Origin: Alphaproteobacteria bacterium
GTDB taxonomy: Bacteria > Pseudomonadota > Alphaproteobacteria > SHVV01
Length of the DNA: 64,000 nt
Reading direction: 5' to 3'
Assembly: GCA_965261735.1 (NCBI GenBank)
Contig: OZ253470.1
Coordinates: 1 to 64,000, forward strand
The first letter of the stretch is position 1, and each line of letters starts with the position of its first letter. Both the position numbers and the translations under genes were made by a program. Under the pieces are notes generated by a model. It had not been told where the DNA came from and ran no database searches. It saw nothing but the letters and a program-made list of their open reading frames with translations. Shown one piece after another: positions 61,252 through 64,000 of this stretch.

Positions 61252-62511
61252 ATGGGTTACGAAGGCGGCGTGCAATGGCCGCGCAAAGATTACTCGCGCG
61301 TCCCCTACTCGCTCTACCACGATGCCGACATCTACACCCAGGAGATGGAGTGCATCTTCCGCGGCCCGGTGTGGCTCTTCCTGGGCCTCGAGGCCGAAGT
61401 CCCCAATGCGGGCGACTTCCGCACCACCTGGCTCGGCGAGACCTCCGTCGTCTACAACCGCGACGATGACGGCCAAATCTACGCCTTCGTCAATCGCTGC
61501 GCCCACCGCGGCGCCACCGTGTGCCGCGAGCTTTACGGCAATGCCGCCGATCACACCTGCATCTACCACCGCTGGTGCTACGACCGGCAGGGCAATCTCA
61601 TCGGCATTCCCTTCAAGCGCGGTGTTGGCGGCAAGGGCGGGCTCAGCCCGGACTTCGACCAGAGCGCCCACGGCCTCAGGAAGCTGCGGGTGGAGAGTTA
61701 CTGCGGCGTGCTGTTCGCGACCTTCTCGGACAATCCCGAACCGCTGATCGACTATCTCGGTCCGGCCCATTCCGCTCACCTCGAACGCGTCTTCCACAGC
61801 CCGGTGCGCGTGCTCGGCTACCAGCGCCAGCGCATCCATGGCAACTGGAAGTTCTACAACGAGAACCTGCGCGACCAGTACCACGGGAGCCTGCTGCACG
61901 AGTTCCAGACCACCTTCTCGATCAACCGCATCACCCAGGAGGGCGGCGCCAAGATGGACCCGCGCCACCGCCACAGCATCTCGTGGGCCAAGAAGGGGTC
62001 CGACGATGACGCGGCCGTCCACGAGCTCTACAAGGACAACAAGGTGCGCGAGGGCGAACTCACGCTCAAGGACACGGAGATGCTCGTCTACCATCCGGAG
62101 TACGACGACGGCGTCACCATCTCGATCGCCTCGGTATTCCCCAATGCCTGCTTCCAGCAGATTCACAACAGCGTGGCGACGCGGCAGATTCGGCCCAAGG
62201 GGCTCGACGCCTTCGAGCTCGTCTTCACCATCGTCGGCTTCGAGAGCGATAGCGCGGAGATGACGCGGGCGAGGCTGTTGCAGTCGAACATGGTGGGCCC
62301 CGCCGGGCTGATCTCGATGGAGGATGGCGAGGCGGTGGAGATCGCCCACCGCTCGAGCCGGGCGACACAAGACGCCCACACGGTCGTCGAGATGGGCGGA
62401 GGCGGCAAGATCGAGGACTTCGACTTCCTCGCCGCCGATATCCCGATCCGCGGTTTCTGGTCCTACTACTCCGAGCTCATGGGGTTCGAGCCGGAGGGGG
62501 CAGTGCGATGA
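61252..62511 (+). CDS. Aromatic ring-hydroxylating oxygenase alpha subunit 1 (AndAc/OhbB/NagG-like group)
   Basis: Rieske CAH...CIYH, NWKFYNENLRDQYHGSLLH, SMEDGE; GGAGG RBS before ATG 61252. Confidence 0.92.
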   Translation: MGYEGGVQWPRKDYSRVPYSLYHDADIYTQEMECIFRGPVWLFLGLEAEVPNAGDFRTTWLGETSVVYNRDDDGQIYAFVNRCAHRGATVCRELYGNAADHTCIYHRWCYDRQGNLIGIPFKRGVGGKGGLSPDFDQSAHGLRKLRVESYCGVLFATFSDNPEPLIDYLGPAHSAHLERVFHSPVRVLGYQRQRIHGNWKFYNENLRDQYHGSLLHEFQTTFSINRITQEGGAKMDPRHRHSISWAKKGSDDDAAVHELYKDNKVREGELTLKDTEMLVYHPEYDDGVTISIASVFPNACFQQIHNSVATRQIRPKGLDAFELVFTIVGFESDSAEMTRARLLQSNMVGPAGLISMEDGEAVEIAHRSSRATQDAHTVVEMGGGGKIEDFDFLAADIPIRGFWSYYSELMGFEPEGAVR

Positions 62512-63396
62512 CGACGGCAGAGGTGCGAGACGCCATCAACGGCCTGCTCGCCGACTACGTTCATTACATCGATGCCGACAGGCTCGAGGAGTGGCTCGAC
62601 TTCTTCACCGAGGATTGCGTCTACAAAGTCCTGCCCCGAGAGAACGTCAAGCAGGGCCTGCCGGGCAGTCTCATGGAGTGCCACAACAAGAACATGCTGC
62701 GCGACCGCATCGTCTCCTACCGCGAGGCCAACGAGTACAACATTCACGTCGACCGCCATCTCCTGAGCAACGTGCGCATCGTTGGCGAGAATGCCGGCGT
62801 CTACGACGTCGAGGCGAACTACGCCGTATTCCAGACCAACAACGACGGCGAGAGCCGCCTGTTCAGCGTCGGCAACTACGAGGACAAGGTCGTGTTCGAC
62901 AATGGGTCTGCGCGCTTCAAGGAAAAGATCGTGGTCGTCGACACCTATTCGATCCCGACCCTGCTCGCCACGCCCCTGTGAGCGCCGCCGCGCCGCCGCG
63001 GTAGTCCTTGCGCGACACGCTCGCCGTGACCGGTAGCCACCAGATACCCTGGCCGCGGAAGGATTTTTCCAGAGTACCGTTTGCGCTCTATCACGACGTA
63101 GACATCTACGCGCAGGAGATGGAGCGCATCTTCCGCGGTCCCGTGTGGCTCTTCCTCGGCCTCGATGCCGAGGTCCCCAATGCTGGCGACTTCCGCACCA
63201 CCTGGCTCGGCGAGACGCCCGTCGTCTACAACCGCGACGATGACGGCCAAATCTACGCCTTCGTCAATCGCTGCGCCCACCGCGGCGCCACCGTGTGCCG
63301 CGAGCTTTACGGCAATGCCGCCGATCACACCTGCATCTACCACCGCTGGTGCTACGACCGGCAGGGCAATCTCATCGGCATTCCCTTCAAGCGCGG
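61445..63396 (+). repeat. 178-bp identical direct repeat (61445-61622 and 63219-63396) in the two Rieske domains
   Basis: Compared base by base by eye: identical including third codon positions; offset 1774 bp. Confidence 0.85.
62508..62981 (+). CDS. Aromatic ring-hydroxylating oxygenase beta subunit
   Basis: ATGA overlap with alpha; LEEWLDFF, PREN, MLRDRI, LLATPL. Confidence 0.92.
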   Translation: MTTAEVRDAINGLLADYVHYIDADRLEEWLDFFTEDCVYKVLPRENVKQGLPGSLMECHNKNMLRDRIVSYREANEYNIHVDRHLLSNVRIVGENAGVYDVEANYAVFQTNNDGESRLFSVGNYEDKVVFDNGSARFKEKIVVVDTYSIPTLLATPL

Positions 63397-64000
63397 GGTT
63401 GGCGGCAAGGGCGGGCTCAGCCCGGACTTCGACCAGGGCGCCCACGGCCTCAGGAAGATTCGGGTGGAGAGTTTCTGCGGCGTGCTGTTCGCGACCTTCG
63501 CCCACGACGTCGAGCCGTTGATCGACTATCTCGGCCCAACCCACGCCGATTTCCTGGCGCGCACCTTTCACAGCCCCACGCGCTTGCTCGGCTATCAGCG
63601 CCAGCGTATCCACGGCAACTGGAAGCTCTACAACGAGAACATCCGCGATCAGTACCACGGCAGCCTCCTCCATCGCTTCCAGGCGGCGTTCGGCATCACC
63701 CGTTTCACGCATGCCGGCGGCACCGTGACCGACGCGTGCCACCGCCACAATCTGCTCTACACGATCGCCGGCAGCGACACGGACGCAGAGGCCCACGAGG
63801 TCTACGCGGATGCCGACCAGGAGCCGCTCGACATCGAACTCGCGGCGGCGGAGTTCATGGACTACGTACCGGAGTTCGAGGATGGGCTAGCGCTCGGGCT
63901 GGCGGCGTTCTTTCCCAACGCCCTCTTCCAGCAAATGCGCAACAGCTTGGCCGTGCGCCAGATCCGCCCCAAGGGTCCCGGCGCCTTCGAGCTCATCTTC
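63026..64000 (+). CDS. Aromatic ring-hydroxylating oxygenase alpha subunit 2, 3' end runs off the window
   Basis: Not in the ORF track. Open frame of 325 codons from GTG 63026 (TTG 63008 also in frame): WPRKDFSRVP, CAH...CIYH, NWKLYNENIRDQYHGSLLH. Confidence 0.92.
   Translation, partial: MTGSHQIPWPRKDFSRVPFALYHDVDIYAQEMERIFRGPVWLFLGLDAEVPNAGDFRTTWLGETPVVYNRDDDGQIYAFVNRCAHRGATVCRELYGNAADHTCIYHRWCYDRQGNLIGIPFKRGVGGKGGLSPDFDQGAHGLRKIRVESFCGVLFATFAHDVEPLIDYLGPTHADFLARTFHSPTRLLGYQRQRIHGNWKLYNENIRDQYHGSLLHRFQAAFGITRFTHAGGTVTDACHRHNLLYTIAGSDTDAEAHEVYADADQEPLDIELAAAEFMDYVPEFEDGLALGLAAFFPNALFQQMRNSLAVRQIRPKGPGAFELIF

Noticed and set aside
1-64000. CRISPR arrays, rRNA, prophage, retron/DGR or defence systems; many long alternative-frame ORFs
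   Set aside because: No repeat-spacer arrays, reverse transcriptase, phage or cas motifs seen; the long overlapping ORFs are expected stop-poor shadows in high-GC DNA

Overview
High-GC alphaproteobacterial chromosome segment; gene order (cckA-recA-alaS, flgA-flgH-dksA-fliX, tRNA-Leu-tig-clpP) suggests a Rhodospirillales-like organism, which is my inference. There are three zones. (1) 1-46 kb holds housekeeping and accessory genes: RND efflux with PadR, ATM1-type ABC exporter, cytochromes c, icd, alaS, recA with an alpha-type SOS box, tig, clpP, tRNA-Leu, an AceE-like enzyme, malonyl-CoA decarboxylase, nnr, an amidase and dadA. (2) Within it, 10-34 kb is scarred by insertion sequences. An IS1182 splits a GST gene and an IS256 is nested in an IS1595. 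A second IS1595 and an 82-bp IS1595 end bracket a collapsed flagellar locus, where cckA has lost its 5' part, flgG appears reduced to its last three codons and clpX is absent after clpP. (3) 46-64 kb is an apparently uncharacterised aromatic-acid catabolic cluster built by paralogue expansion. It has three tandem 365-aa amidohydrolases, two extradiol-dioxygenase-like VOC proteins with the full catalytic motif set in the N-terminal domain, and two Rieske oxygenase alpha subunits that share a 178-bp identical tract but diverge in the catalytic domain. It also has a meta-cleavage-type hydrolase, a MaoC/PrpD/acyl-CoA dehydrogenase/CoA-transferase module and a Liv-type ABC importer with no binding protein. 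No CRISPR, rRNA or prophage was seen. All calls come from motif recognition by eye; no database search was run.
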